NCBI GenBank assembly: GCA_024137785.1
Contig: JAHRHZ010000093.1
Span: 3,910,087 to 3,974,086 of the forward strand
From: Ginglymostoma cirratum
Taxonomy: Eukaryota
Reading direction: 5' to 3'
Length of the DNA stretch: 64,000 nucleotides
The notes under the pieces were generated by a model, which was not told the DNA's origin, did no database searches, and worked only from the letters and a program-made list of their open reading frames with translations. Below are positions 24,935 through 36,909 of this stretch, one piece after another. Each line of letters starts with the position of its first letter. The stretch's first letter is position 1. Position numbers and translations under genes: made by a program.

Positions 24935-25143
24935 ATAAAAACCGAAAGAACTGCAGCTTCTGTAAATCAGGAACAAAAACGGAAGTTACTGGAAAAGCTC
25001 AGCAGGTCTGGCAACATCTGTGAAAAGAAATCAGAGTTAACGTTTCAGATCCAGTGACCCTACAGTTCTGAGGAATCAGTTCTGGTTTTTCTTCACAGAT
25101 ACTGCCAGACCTGTTCGGCTTTTCCAGCAACTTCTGGTTTTGT
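24935..25143. mobile_element. Head-to-head fold-back of two family A pLTR ends
   Basis: Left arm ggaagttactggaaaagctcagcaggtctggcaacatctgtgaaaagaaatcaga is the reverse complement of right arm tctggtttttcttcacagatactgccagacctgttcggcttttccagcaacttc. Confidence 0.85.
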
Positions 25144-26197
25144 GCCTCAGTGCTCAATTCCCCGTACAGTGTCCAGCATGCCGGATTCCTGAACTGGTTA
25201 CATTTGCGTGTTCTTCTAGCATTAGCCCTCACGCTGACCAGTTCTTCATTAGCGGCTGACAGGGAGGCTAACACCTCACAAGCCACCGATTTTCCACCCA
25301 GCCAACTTTCAGTAGTCTGATGAACCCGTTAGTCTCGCGCAGCTGGATCACTGCTCATTCAACCGCCCCTAAGTTGTATAGTGTCACATGTGGGTTTATG
25401 ATATTAGAAGGATTTCAGGGCATGCAGAATGTGGCATTTCTAACAATGGCTCTTCCGCCCTAATGGATGGCCAGGCTTTCTAAAAGTAACTGTATCTGAA
25501 AGCCATCAGATTTCACTTGGTCTCATTAACCGCTGGAGTTTCCTGATCTTTACTTCAATTCAAGGCCAACCTAGTTTGTGAAGGGTTTAATTTCACCTTT
25601 TGCGTTACCCTCCCCGTTTGCAATTTCATAATCAGTTTGCAACAGTTTTTAAAAGTATATTAAAAATCAGGCAAGTCATTTCTCACTTTTCAAACACACG
25701 TACAGACAAAACAAAAGCTCTTTGGCTGCAAATAATGAACTCAGGGGTAAATCAGCGATATCTAGATATTTAGGAATCGGCTAACACTCTCCCCAGCCCC
25801 ACTTTCCCCTGGCAGTGCGTGAAGTCACACACCAGATTGCAATCCATTTCTCCTCACTCCCAGAGTGGATAATGCATACCAAATGTTTCCTTTCCGCCGC
25901 CACCAGTCGATTTCTGGATAAACTCCTCAAATGAAACCCAAATTAACCCCGCATTCCCAAATAATCTCATTGGATAAGCAAACTAAATCAAATTGATAGA
26001 TTGCTATGTATTTCTGCGTAGTTCCCACTTCTTATCAGCCACCACCCCACCCTCTGAACCTGTAGCCTCTGTTAAATGTTAAGGTAGAAGGGTAGGGCAT
26101 ACTCCCGTCCAGGTTGAACTCTCCCGTGACACGGGCCCTCGCACAAACTGGCTACAAGCGCGTTGTGAATGAGCAAAGAAAAAGGTTCATTTTGAAC

Positions 26198-26345
26198 ATA
26201 AAAACAAACCGAAAGAACCGCGGATGCTGGAAGACAGAAACAAAAACAGAAATTGCTGACAAAAATGCTCAGCAGGTCTGGCAGCATCTGTGGAGAGAAA
26301 TCAGAATTAACGTTTCAGGCCCAGTGACCCTTCCTCAGAACTGAC
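26198..26345 (-). mobile_element. Family A pLTR end with a probable 10-bp TSD
   Basis: Flanks are cattttgaac (26188-26197) and cattctgaac (26346-26355). Confidence 0.8.
26305..26342 (-). ncRNA. Minimal type I hammerhead motif, intact core
   Basis: Minus strand: AGUU-CUGAGGA-A-GGGUC(ACUG)GGCCU-GAAA-CGUU-AAUU. The stem substitutions are G-U compatible. Confidence 0.7.
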
Positions 26346-26387
26346 CATTCTGAACTCAGCATTATTTGCAAAGTCACTCAGAGTTGT

Positions 26388-26582
26388 GATGCGGAGGTGC
26401 CGGCGTTGGACTGGGGTGAACAAAGTCATAAGTCACACGACACCAGGTTGTAGTCCAACAGGTTTATTTGAAATCACACGCTTTCGGGGGACTGCTTCTT
26501 CATCAGGTGACGAAATAGCAGCGCTGCGCAAGCTTGTGATTTCAAATAAACCTGTTGGACTACAAGCCGGCGTCGTGTGACT
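26388..26582. mobile_element. Third PLE-derived family (C): fold-back with two degenerate hammerheads at its centre
   Basis: About 47-bp inverted arms agtcacacgacaccaggttgtagtccaacaggtttatttgaaatcaca / tgtgatttcaaataaacctgttggactacaagccggcgtcgtgtgact; minus-strand CUGAUGA-A...GAAAGC core. Confidence 0.8.
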
Positions 26583-28555
26583 CCGGCATGGAGGCAGGTG
26601 AAATGAGCGAACAAGGCAACGTTTCACAGGCTGGTGCTGTCGCTTTCTCTCTCCAGTTGCTGTAAGATATTCACTTCTTCAGTCCCAGCAGCGGGTTGCA
26701 GGCACGATGGGGCGATTGGCCTCCTACTACACCCAAACAAGTCTGCGATTTGAGGAAAACAACATTGACAGATTCTCTCCAAGCTTGCATCAAAAGAATG
26801 AAGACGGGCCTGTTGATTTCATAACAGGCAGGACGGGTTTCGTTCCGAGTCAGGTTAAGGGTTAATCATTGAGGGGAGAGTGGTGTAAATGCGCCTGTAT
26901 TCTGTGTTTTGATTAAACTCAGTTTACTAGCGTGCATCGGTCAGGGCGATCCTGTCACCGTTAACCACCAGGACACTGAACTTTACAGCAATTCGTCCAC
27001 TACCTCCTCCTGCGCGCTCGTTCACCGCCACTGCTATAGGGTTCTCTTGCTTAAGCAGTTTGCATTCAAGTCTGGAACTAATACAGGAAATTCAAGGTTT
27101 TAAATGCCCTTTCAGTCATAAACCAAACTGTCAAGAAACCATGTGCGCTCCCGAGTTTCCTGCAGGTCATACTACAGGCTAAACAACATGAAGGAGAGCC
27201 ATCGGAAGTCCGGGAGCAAACACACGAGCCATTAGCAGAGATTAAACAGGCTGTAGTACAAAGCGAGATGGCCCCGATTTCTTCAAGACCATTACCGCGA
27301 GAAATAACCCGGAGATGCGGTTGCCTACAGCACGAAGCGAGCGACAGTAACGGGACACTGGGATGTTGGATGTAAATTTGAAGCTGAGCCAGGCTCCCAG
27401 GGTAAATATTTGGAACTGTCGGTACATTGAGGCGAAAAAGAGCAGAGCTCAACATTCGTTCTTCTGGATTGCGGGCTACAAGTTTTGATTTTACTCAAGT
27501 TCGGACTTCCATGTTGCTCTATGCGCAGCACCAACAGCAAGCCACCAGTTCCATTATAAATAATTTTAACATATCTAAAATGATCCATTCATTCCAATAA
27601 CATTTCCAAATATCCCCAACCAGCTAGCATTCTCTCCCGTTGCTGATGAAGACAGAGCACTGCGCTGCAACAATTTAAGTGCACATGGACGGCCACTGCC
27701 GTCCAATTGCAGAACACATTAAATATTCCCCATTCAGAGCACTATGTGCGAGCAAATCATTATTTGCAAGCCCATTTTGCTAAAACTAATACTATCTAAA
27801 GACGATACCAGCACTCGGCAAAACCAGTCACCTGCGTCACTCATAATCTATGATCACTCTCTCGGATGTACATCAACAGTAAATGTTGGATTACTGCCTG
27901 CTTTCGGGACAGCAACTTTTGTCGCAGTTTGTAAGCTTTTGTTTTGCCTTTCCTCTTCAAAGTGAACTAGGTCTCCTTTTCAAAGTTAATACTGAATATG
28001 TATGCCGTGGATTTCTCTTCCACTCCCACCTTAAAGACAACTAACTAATTTTCCAATTTAAACATTCCCAGCACGCCGAAAATTCAGCTGTCCAGTCAAT
28101 TTTAGTTAAAATTCTTCAATTTTTTCGATGTGGCCATCATCACAACGAATGGGAAAACATACCGCTAAGTGTCTTTTAACCCGAAACAATGCCTTGCTGA
28201 TGTTAAAAAACCTGCGTGGCATTCCAATGTCTCTTTCATGTTTTATCTTAAACTGGTTGCTGTTGGCTGGCTGCCTGCTCTCGAGTTTAAAACACACACC
28301 ATTTACTCCTTTGCTTAAGAGAGATACAATTAACGTTTACTTGCTGCTCCCATAACAATAAGGAAGCCGAAAAACAGCAATTCCTATTAGATTCTTCCCA
28401 GCTACTGGGCACCGGGACATGGTACAGTCACGAGTCACGGTGACAGCATAAGGCTCAATGTGAAGAAAATGAGGAGCAAAATATCACAGAACATGCAAAT
28501 CTCCAATCACTCATCGATGTTTTTAAAGAAAATGTTCCTTTTCATCCGCAATTAT

Positions 28556-28775
28556 GGGGCGGCGTGGGCCTAGTGATTTTATCGCTAGACTATTAATTCA
28601 GAAAGCCAATAAATGTCGTCGGGACCCGGGTACAAATCACAAAAGGTAGCGAAGTTTTAACTCAATAAAAAAATCTGGAATAACCGACAGCAATGTGGTT
28701 TACTTTTAACAGTCCCCTGGGCAATTAAGGATGGGATTGTTGTATAGCCAGCGATTCCCACATCTTGTCAATGTT
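28556..28775 (+). mobile_element. tRNA-derived SINE, same family as 63412-63762, internally deleted
   Basis: ggggcggcgtgggcctagtgat (A-box-like)...gggacccgggtacaaatc (B-box-like)...ctgggcaattaaggatggg...ccagcgattcccacatc. Confidence 0.7.
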
Positions 28776-29159
28776 ATTTTTGAATTTTTTTTAAAATCAC
28801 CTAGAAAAAGAGGAAAAGGTCTAAGCTTTATATGCGTATTAACAGTTGAAGACGCAGGTTTTAAGACAGGTTCAGAGAGATAGTACTGAAGAAGTTCTGA
28901 CGGGTTTGTAGGGAAGGGGAGGTTGGAGATCGAGGACTGAATGCTACGATAGTGTAGCAGAGACGAAATTAACCAAGCTGTATGTCATACTCCATCGAGG
29001 TTTCAATAAAGAGGGAAACCCCGAGACTCGCAAAAATAACCAACAACTGCTGTTGGCTATGGAGAGGTGTGGATTGGGTCGTAACGTTCTTTCCAGGACA
29101 TTCAGTGTCGATTTGCACACCAGAAACGACTGCTTGGCAAGGTAGCAGAGATCAGTTGG

Positions 29160-29392
29160 AAAAGCTCAGCGGGTCTGGTAGCATCTGTGAAGAAAAGTCA
29201 GTTAACGTTTCGGAATGTGGTGACCCTTCCTTAGAAGGGAGGATGGGTAACCAGTTCTGAGGACGGGTCACCGCATTCCGAAACGTTAACTCTGACTTTT
29301 CTTCACAGATGCTGCCAGACCTGCCAAGCTTTTCCAGCAGCTTCTGTTTTTGTTCCTGATTTACAGCATACGCAGTTCCTTCGGTTTTTATT
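29160..29392. mobile_element. Head-to-head fold-back of family A pLTR ends with a probable 17-bp TSD
   Basis: About 75-bp inverted arms around a ~18-nt spacer; flanks tagcagagatcagttgg (29143-29159) and tagcagaaatcggttag (29393-29409). Confidence 0.87.
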
Positions 29393-30571
29393 TAGCAGAA
29401 ATCGGTTAGTAGTTACCCATCTTTATGAGTTATGATGATGTGTTCACCACACTGTCAGGGAGGAAATTCACATGGGAACAGCAACAAGTGTGAAACCCCA
29501 ATGGCAAAATTTTCCCAAATACAGGCGGACTGAAAACTGAAACGTACCTCCTTTAAGGAAAATTACTGACACAAATCTGTGTTTTAGAAGTATTGTCAAA
29601 TTAGATGGAAAAAAAACTAGAAAACAGCTTTTCTCTGCCAATAAAGCTAGAACTTAATTTCTTTTATTAAGTTAAAGATACCAGAGAAATGTAAGTCACT
29701 GTTAACCGTCCGTAGTTTTGTGCACACATTTCCTTTCCTTTCTTTTCTTACTAACCTATCTGGGAAATGATTGGCGCAGCATAACGTATATTTTTTCGAA
29801 AGCAAATCTGGAGAATGATTAATAATGGTAGCCTCCACATTGAAGCGGCAACAGAAGTGGTCCGGGGGAATTGCAGTGTTCACTAAATCAAACATTCGCA
29901 AATGGCTGCTCTAGGCTTAACATCAGCTAAGCCTAGCTGAGGCAATACGATGTCATTCTAATTAAACCAGCATTCCCCCCTTTATTAGAGTGGAGGAGAA
30001 TCCCAGAATTCCCACCCTGGATCATTTCTCCAAAATGATTGCTGGAAACCGTTGTGTGGACCCTGCTTAAAGCCATCAGCTGCGAAGCGTTTCACCTTCA
30101 ACAGGGTCTCAGCGAGCTCGGTTCACACACCAAGAGCAGTCAATTAGACTAGTCAACAGGAGATACGTGCGAAGGTACACAAAGGTAAGGCTTCACCAAA
30201 AGGGAAGGGAAACCTGAAAGGACAAACGATGGGAAAACGATTGGACACGAGATACAGCATGCAGATAGTTGACGTGGGGGCTGATACATGAGAATGACCT
30301 CAGAGCTCCAACAATGTCTTAAAATGTGACTGCAATCGCAAAGAGGTTTATAGTAGCATTTACACACACTAGATTGCAACTCATCTAACAGCGCCTTATC
30401 TATAATTTAGACTATGGCTTTAGTCTGTTCTTTTCTCGGACACTTATTTTGCTGTTACCATCGTAGAATCCATTCTCAATCCGCTTCACTTATTTTAGAG
30501 GTGATGATACCTGCAGTAGATTGATAGCAAGTGCAAAAGTAGACTACCATTTAGTGATTAGCAACTCACTC

Positions 30572-30775
30572 ACTGCCTAGTGGCTGGACGACAGTCTTGC
30601 ATTGCAGAGTGATGCCAACAGTACCCGCACCGGCTGAGATCATGAAGCAGTCTCTTTCTCAACCTTACCCTTTACCTGAGGCGAAGTGACCCTGAGGGTA
30701 AACCACCACCAGACGTCTCTCTCAAACGAGAGATTAGCTCCAATGATCTGGTAAGACTACGACGCCTTTATCTTT
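30572..30775 (+). mobile_element. tRNA-derived SINE, inverted homologue of 62440-62662
   Basis: tctcaaccttaccctttacctgaggcgaagtgaccctgagggtaaaccaccac matches the reverse complement of gtggtgatttaacctgaaggtgactacgcatcaggcaaggtacaaggttgaga. Confidence 0.75.
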
Positions 30776-30984
30776 ATCCCGGATCAGGTGCTACATAATA
30801 AAATTTGGATTTTAAAATAAGTAACGAAAAAAAAACTCGAATTTTATGGCGAAGTCACAATCAATAACATAGCATAATGTATTTTCATGACAATTCAATG
30901 GGTTTCGTAGCCATCTCAGCATGCTAGTTATTTATCGTTAAACTGCACCCCCTACAGGAGTTACTTTACAGAGCGTCATCCTAA

Positions 30985-31395
30985 AGACTCGCATTTATAT
31001 AGCATCTTTATTAATTATATCGCATTTTGCAGGCACTTTTCAAAGTGTAGCCATTGTTACAATGCAGGAAGCACAGCAGCCAATTTGTGCACAACAAGCA
31101 CCCACAAACATTAATGACCACATGATATCTTTTGTCATGTTGATTTAAGGACAAATATTGGCCACAACATTCCAAATGACATCCCACTCTTCGTCAAAAT
31201 AATGCCTTGGGATCGCATACATTCATTTGAAAAAGCACACAGAACATTCACTTCACATTCGAGCCAGAAATCAGTTGCTCAGTGATATGACACTCGCTCA
31301 GTGCTACAGTGGAGTCTCATCTTAGATTGCTGCACTCAAGTCTTGAATCCACAGCCTTCTGACTAAGACGCGAGTGTGCTATCAACAGAGCAGAG
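30985..31395 (-). mobile_element. Deu-domain SINE (SacSINE1/AmnSINE-like), near full length
   Basis: gcatttatatagca...gcagccaatttgtgcacaacaag...acaaatattggccacaac...tgccttgggatc...ctcagtgctacagtggagtc. Confidence 0.8.
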
Positions 31396-34300
31396 CTAAA
31401 ACCATCATCATAATTTGTGATGGTAACATATGGAAAAGTTAACAAGGTGCTCAGGCTTGACATGTATCCCACAAGTGTTAAGGCAATTGCAAATATCTTG
31501 AACATCTGCACATTTATCATGTCATTATAATTTTTCTTCCTAATTTTATCCTCTCCAGTTTAGAAGAGCTAGATTCCCACAGGGAACAAAAGCCCTTCAG
31601 TATCTCACCCATTCCTCATGAGTGCAGAAAATAATTACTGGCAGACAAAAGCAATTTCTTATGGAAGCTTAAAAGACTAAAGGAATCATTTCTGACTGAA
31701 TACATCCAACCGATGCAGGTTAGCAATGAACAAAACCAACGAAGTGTTGAAATACATAGCCAAACAGTAGAACACAAGTCTCAGGAAGCAGTGACTAAAC
31801 AGTGGAGCACTGCGGTGAAACCACATCTTAAGTAGTGTCTGGCTTTGGTCATTGAAACACAAGCGAAACACTCAAGTACTGGAGGCAGTAAAGAGAGAAG
31901 CCACAAGGCTGAGTCTCGTGTTTAACGGCTGTCTAATGAGAAAGACTAAATAAACACAGCTCAGACAGGGCATACATCCAAACTAGTCTTGTTTGGAAAT
32001 TCTTCACACTGAGCGATCAATATTTGGGAACCAATTTTAAGGGTGAGTCGTGAAGGCAAAAACTATGGAACTAGCTAGAAACAATTAAATGCTGGAATAA
32101 GATGACAGAAAGATCTTTCTGGGTAGATCAATTACTATGGGCCAAATGGTTTTGCTGAAACCAGCAACTATTCCATTCTTGCAGCTGAAATCGCATGGTC
32201 ATTTTTTGTGGCAGAGATGACCAAAATTCAACTGGACAATTGTTTCCTTTTGACAAGATAATTTTGAAGGTGAATGCTGCCTAATTTTTTGGCCATCAAT
32301 TTTCTATTCTTACGCCTTTCCTGAAGATGATGACTCACATTGCTTGGTTCATGAACAGAAATGGCTTCCCTTACCCCTCTATTTTGCCCCTCCTTCTTAT
32401 GATGGGACGCAAATATTAGACTTAATAGGCATGATCGTATAGACTGACGACTGTCACTAGGCATTCACACATGCGTTTTTCCAAACATGCACATAATGCG
32501 ATGGTAAGCAAAAATAAAGCCTACCGGATGATTCCAAGATCAGGGATAATGAAAATATCTGCAGCTTCTGTACTATTCCAATCACGTTCCCAGACCAGGG
32601 ATCAAACCACAAGAGCTGTGCATCAGATTAACAGTACGCTTAATCTTTCAGCAGTTTGTAGTTAGGGCATCATTTTAACAAGTCAAGAATAAACCATTAC
32701 AGTCAATTGCTTTAGTTTTCTGTGTCTTCTGTTCAATGTTTGGAAACATCACTTTTTAAAAAGTGAATGCTGAGGGCACAATCAGCAGCTATGTTAACGT
32801 GGATAAGCTCCCCTGCTGATAAAAATGAAGTATTAACTAGTTGAAATTGATGCACCTGAAATTACTAACTATCTTTATCAATGCAAATTGCTTTTTGTGG
32901 AAGGAATTTCTGACCACACTTACTATCTCTCCTGTCAGTTTTTGCTCCACTCCAAGTTTTAGATGTTGCTTATGGTTTACTTTTGAATTAATTACTGATA
33001 GAATGTCACTGTATTGGAAAGACCAATTCTTGAGATGAGCGCTTAAATTTAGGCCCATTTGGGAGGGTTTTAAACATTCCACAAAAGTACTTCAAAACTG
33101 ACACACAATTCTAATACCCTGCAGAACATTATGCTCCATTCACAGTTTTCTCTCAACCAACATTGCTTAAAAAGACTCATTCATATATGTTATGCTCTGA
33201 CGATCTTATTTTGGGATGTGTTACACTTAAAAATGACTGGTCTTCCAATTAACTACACAAATTCCTCACAAAGTTGTAGCTAATGTTAATGAAAAGTGAA
33301 AAAATCTAAGTAAATTAGACTTTCCTATTAACTACAAATTTTGCATTTGTTTTAGGTTCTGTAGAACCTTTTTCATGAGTGGAGAGAGTAAAACATGTGC
33401 CTTGTAAATTGAAGTACATTACATTGCTAAATTCCTATGTAACTAGTACATGAAAAAAGTGAAATAGCTTTTAAACAAAACATATTTAATATAAAGATAT
33501 AAACTCTATTTAGCAACCACTTGATGCCTCTCCTGTTTGCCAAACCTTGTCTCGCATATGACCTGCTCCATGACCCTTCCACTTGCTGAACTGCCTGCTG
33601 CTCACCCCCTCATCTCTCCCACTCACTGTCTATCTCTTCTGAACCCTCACTGAGTATTCTGGACAGCACCAACTTTTATTTCTGTAAATCACCTGTGACA
33701 TTCTTCAGGTTTGAGGTGTGGTACCAAATAGGACAGAAAGCTACAAAAACTAGCAAGATACAGAACAGCTGATATCATAAATTTTGTAATTGGAGTTTAA
33801 AGTACAGTTTCATACTAAAATTGAATTATGCAGTCTGTACATGGTACACAAGGACATAATAATTTGGGTAAATGTACTGTGAGGTTTATTATTGAGGCAG
33901 ATCAGGAAGTTTCTGGTCTGTTCTTGAGTACGTTTCCGCGTACTCAATCTATCATTGTGAAATAGCACATCGTGGAGGAACAAAGAGACTATGACAATAG
34001 TTGGGAATAAGGGAGAAGAGAAAATATAAGCAGGCCTTCCAATCGTACATCTTCAAGATGGTCAAATTCAAGATTCAAATTCCAAAACTGTCAGAACACT
34101 GTGCCAGTCTCATTTTAACTTTACAGGAATGGTGTTGAATGATACACAAACTGAACCGAGCATTTATCAGAACACTTCAGTACTTACCTGCATATATTCA
34201 TTCCTGGTTATTTGACACGAATGAGACTTCAACAATGGCTGTGAAGCATAAACAGTAAAACAAGCTGTACTAACATTATGCTCAATTGCTTTTAAAACAT

Positions 34301-36909
34301 GGTGTTTGAATCTTTCCAGCTGTTCTAAATGGATTTGTTAAAGTGTAAAAGTAGCTTGATGGGGCCATCCGAATAGTTAAAGATCTAAAATTGAGTTTTA
34401 TCCAAATTTAAATGATGGCTTGCATATGGGCCATATTTGAATTTCAAACCATCCCTTCTCCACTCTCTGGTTGCACCTAAACTTCCTCTCCATTCAAATT
34501 ATGGTGGAAAAGCATTTGTTGGAAAATTTGTGACTCCTGTGAAAGTTATTCTGGAATTGACTACAGAAGAACTTGTTTGTCAAGTCTGCAGTGCTTCAGA
34601 ATTCAATACCAAGCTTCAAGAATGATCAAATACCCACTGTAAATACCGACCAGCAATATTCCTAACTTTTTATTTCATCCACGAGCATCCAGGGAGACAA
34701 TTATGATGACTTCTCCAATAAGTGAAAGCTCATGTCCTTGGACCCTAGAATAGTAAAAACAGCACTTAGATATCATATTATGCTGACAGTCTTCAACATG
34801 TTTCTTCAGCCAAATGTCAAAGGTCTAAAATCTTGACAACAAACAACGAGAACAAGATTTCTCCACTGACTACATGCTAAGAATGCAAGAGATAGGGAGT
34901 GTATGCCATATCCTCGTTAAATGCCAGAACAAGCTTAATTATGTTCATAGCTGACGTTGGATTTCAATTCCACCTCTCACCTGTTCCTCATATCCCCCAT
35001 CTTATTGGCAGATCAAGAATCTGCTTCTTCCAGCTTTAAATGTAGTCAATTCTTGATGGAATGCCAAAGGCAAAGCTGCCTTTGAATAAAGAAATCTCTC
35101 CAACTCAATTCCAGATGACCGACCCCTTAACCTGACATTCTGCCCTCAACCTCCAGATTCCAAAGTCAGCAGAAACCTGGTTTTCATAGAATGATGTACA
35201 ATTAAACAGGGGTTGGATCATCAGATCCAATATCAGCAGGGACATTAAAGACAAATCTGTACTTGACCACATGGTAGTATCTCAAATTTTACAACAAAAC
35301 CCATCATAAAATTTAGGTGAATAAAATTATGAGAGAATGGAGCAGCTGTAGTGTTTAAGCACAGTGACTCAGATAGGCTTTTGAGAATTTCACTCACCTT
35401 TTGGACAATTGGCAGGTGAAGGAATCTTTCAAAGGAATTTAAAATTATACTCATCTCAACGAGGGATCATGATGTAGCTTCACAATCTTGGGCAAAGATA
35501 GCTAATTGAAAATTCAAACATGTCCTATGCTGGGTCTAGATTGTAGTTGTCCAATCCTGTTGCTTTGCCCTTTTACCTTTTTCTCTGCTTACACTGTAAT
35601 TAATTAACAGAGAAGAACATCAACAACCCTGGCTTCTAATTCAGCAGCTTAATCCTCAAGGAGGATAAGTAAAGGACCCATGAACTCTAGGTTACAGAGG
35701 TCAGGTCTCTACAAACCTGCACGGATTTCTTTTTCGGAAATACAAGAAAAAATAAAAGCTTTTGTGCAGTACACAAAAATAAATGACTTTAGCAGAAAAA
35801 AAAATACTGCATCAGCTGCAGATATCCCATTAACTTCTACACCCAAAAGGAACTAAATGGCCATACTTACTCTGTCCCCTCCCTATGCTGAGGATTAAAA
35901 TTCTCTTCTCCACTAACAGCAAAATTCCTAAATAAACCACGTGGATAACAAGGTGGTTTGTAGCAAGAACAAATCTGCAATGTTGTTCCTAACTCTACAT
36001 CAGACATGCAGCCCTATCAAAGAAAAGGGATAGTTGGTACTTAACATGACGAGCATGTCCCTCAAAGGGTTGGTTGAAGTCAGTTTCGGCTTGCGTCTAA
36101 TTAAGACGTTTGTGATGTGGCACTGACTCCGAAAGTACTATTCAGTATTTATTACTGGTGATCCTTTCAGTTGAGAGCAAAATTACAGCAAACTTTCAGA
36201 AATTAATAAGTCCTTCCTGATGCTGATTTAAAGTTTGACAGAAATTCAACTTGATTTAAATTAATGCTGTGAATCCGTCTGTGTACATTTGACACAGTTG
36301 TCAAGGAGTTGCCATCAGCTGTGCTCAATTGTATTATTCTACAAAATAACCCAAAGAAAAATTCAACAATGAACAATAAAAGTACTTTTATACCCTTTAA
36401 CTCCCTTGTTAATCAAGTATTGGTCTAATCCTGCCATACAATAAATTCAAGAATTTTGCATCCATGCTCTTTAGGGAATAGAATACCATACGCTATGAAT
36501 TCTCAAAAACATTTCATAAATGGTGTAATTAACCGATCTCAAAAACAAGACAAATTCATGGAAAAACAAACTGCTGCTCATTCCCCTGAAATTCAAATTT
36601 GATCTCACCAAACTGATTCCAGATTCAATTTCCAGTTTACGCCATATTAGTTGGGCTGAACTGTAACAATAAATTAGGGTGCTGGTAACTGACTTTGGGG
36701 TTAGGGAGTTGGGGTGTGAGATGGGGCAGAATCCAATCATCCTTGTTCCGAACTGCATGTGCGGTGGATGTCAGATGAGGTGTAATCAGGCTCAACTGCG
36801 CTGCATTCCATGGCTGAATACTCACCACAGCTCATTGCTAAAGCTCAGATATATAAAATGTTACCCCAGGAGGAATCAATATTTTCAAGACGAGAGGAAA
36901 CAGCAATTA

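Noticed and set aside
26386-26627. Two mirror-image 64-aa ORFs with similar peptides
   Set aside because: An artefact of the inverted repeat at 26431-26582.
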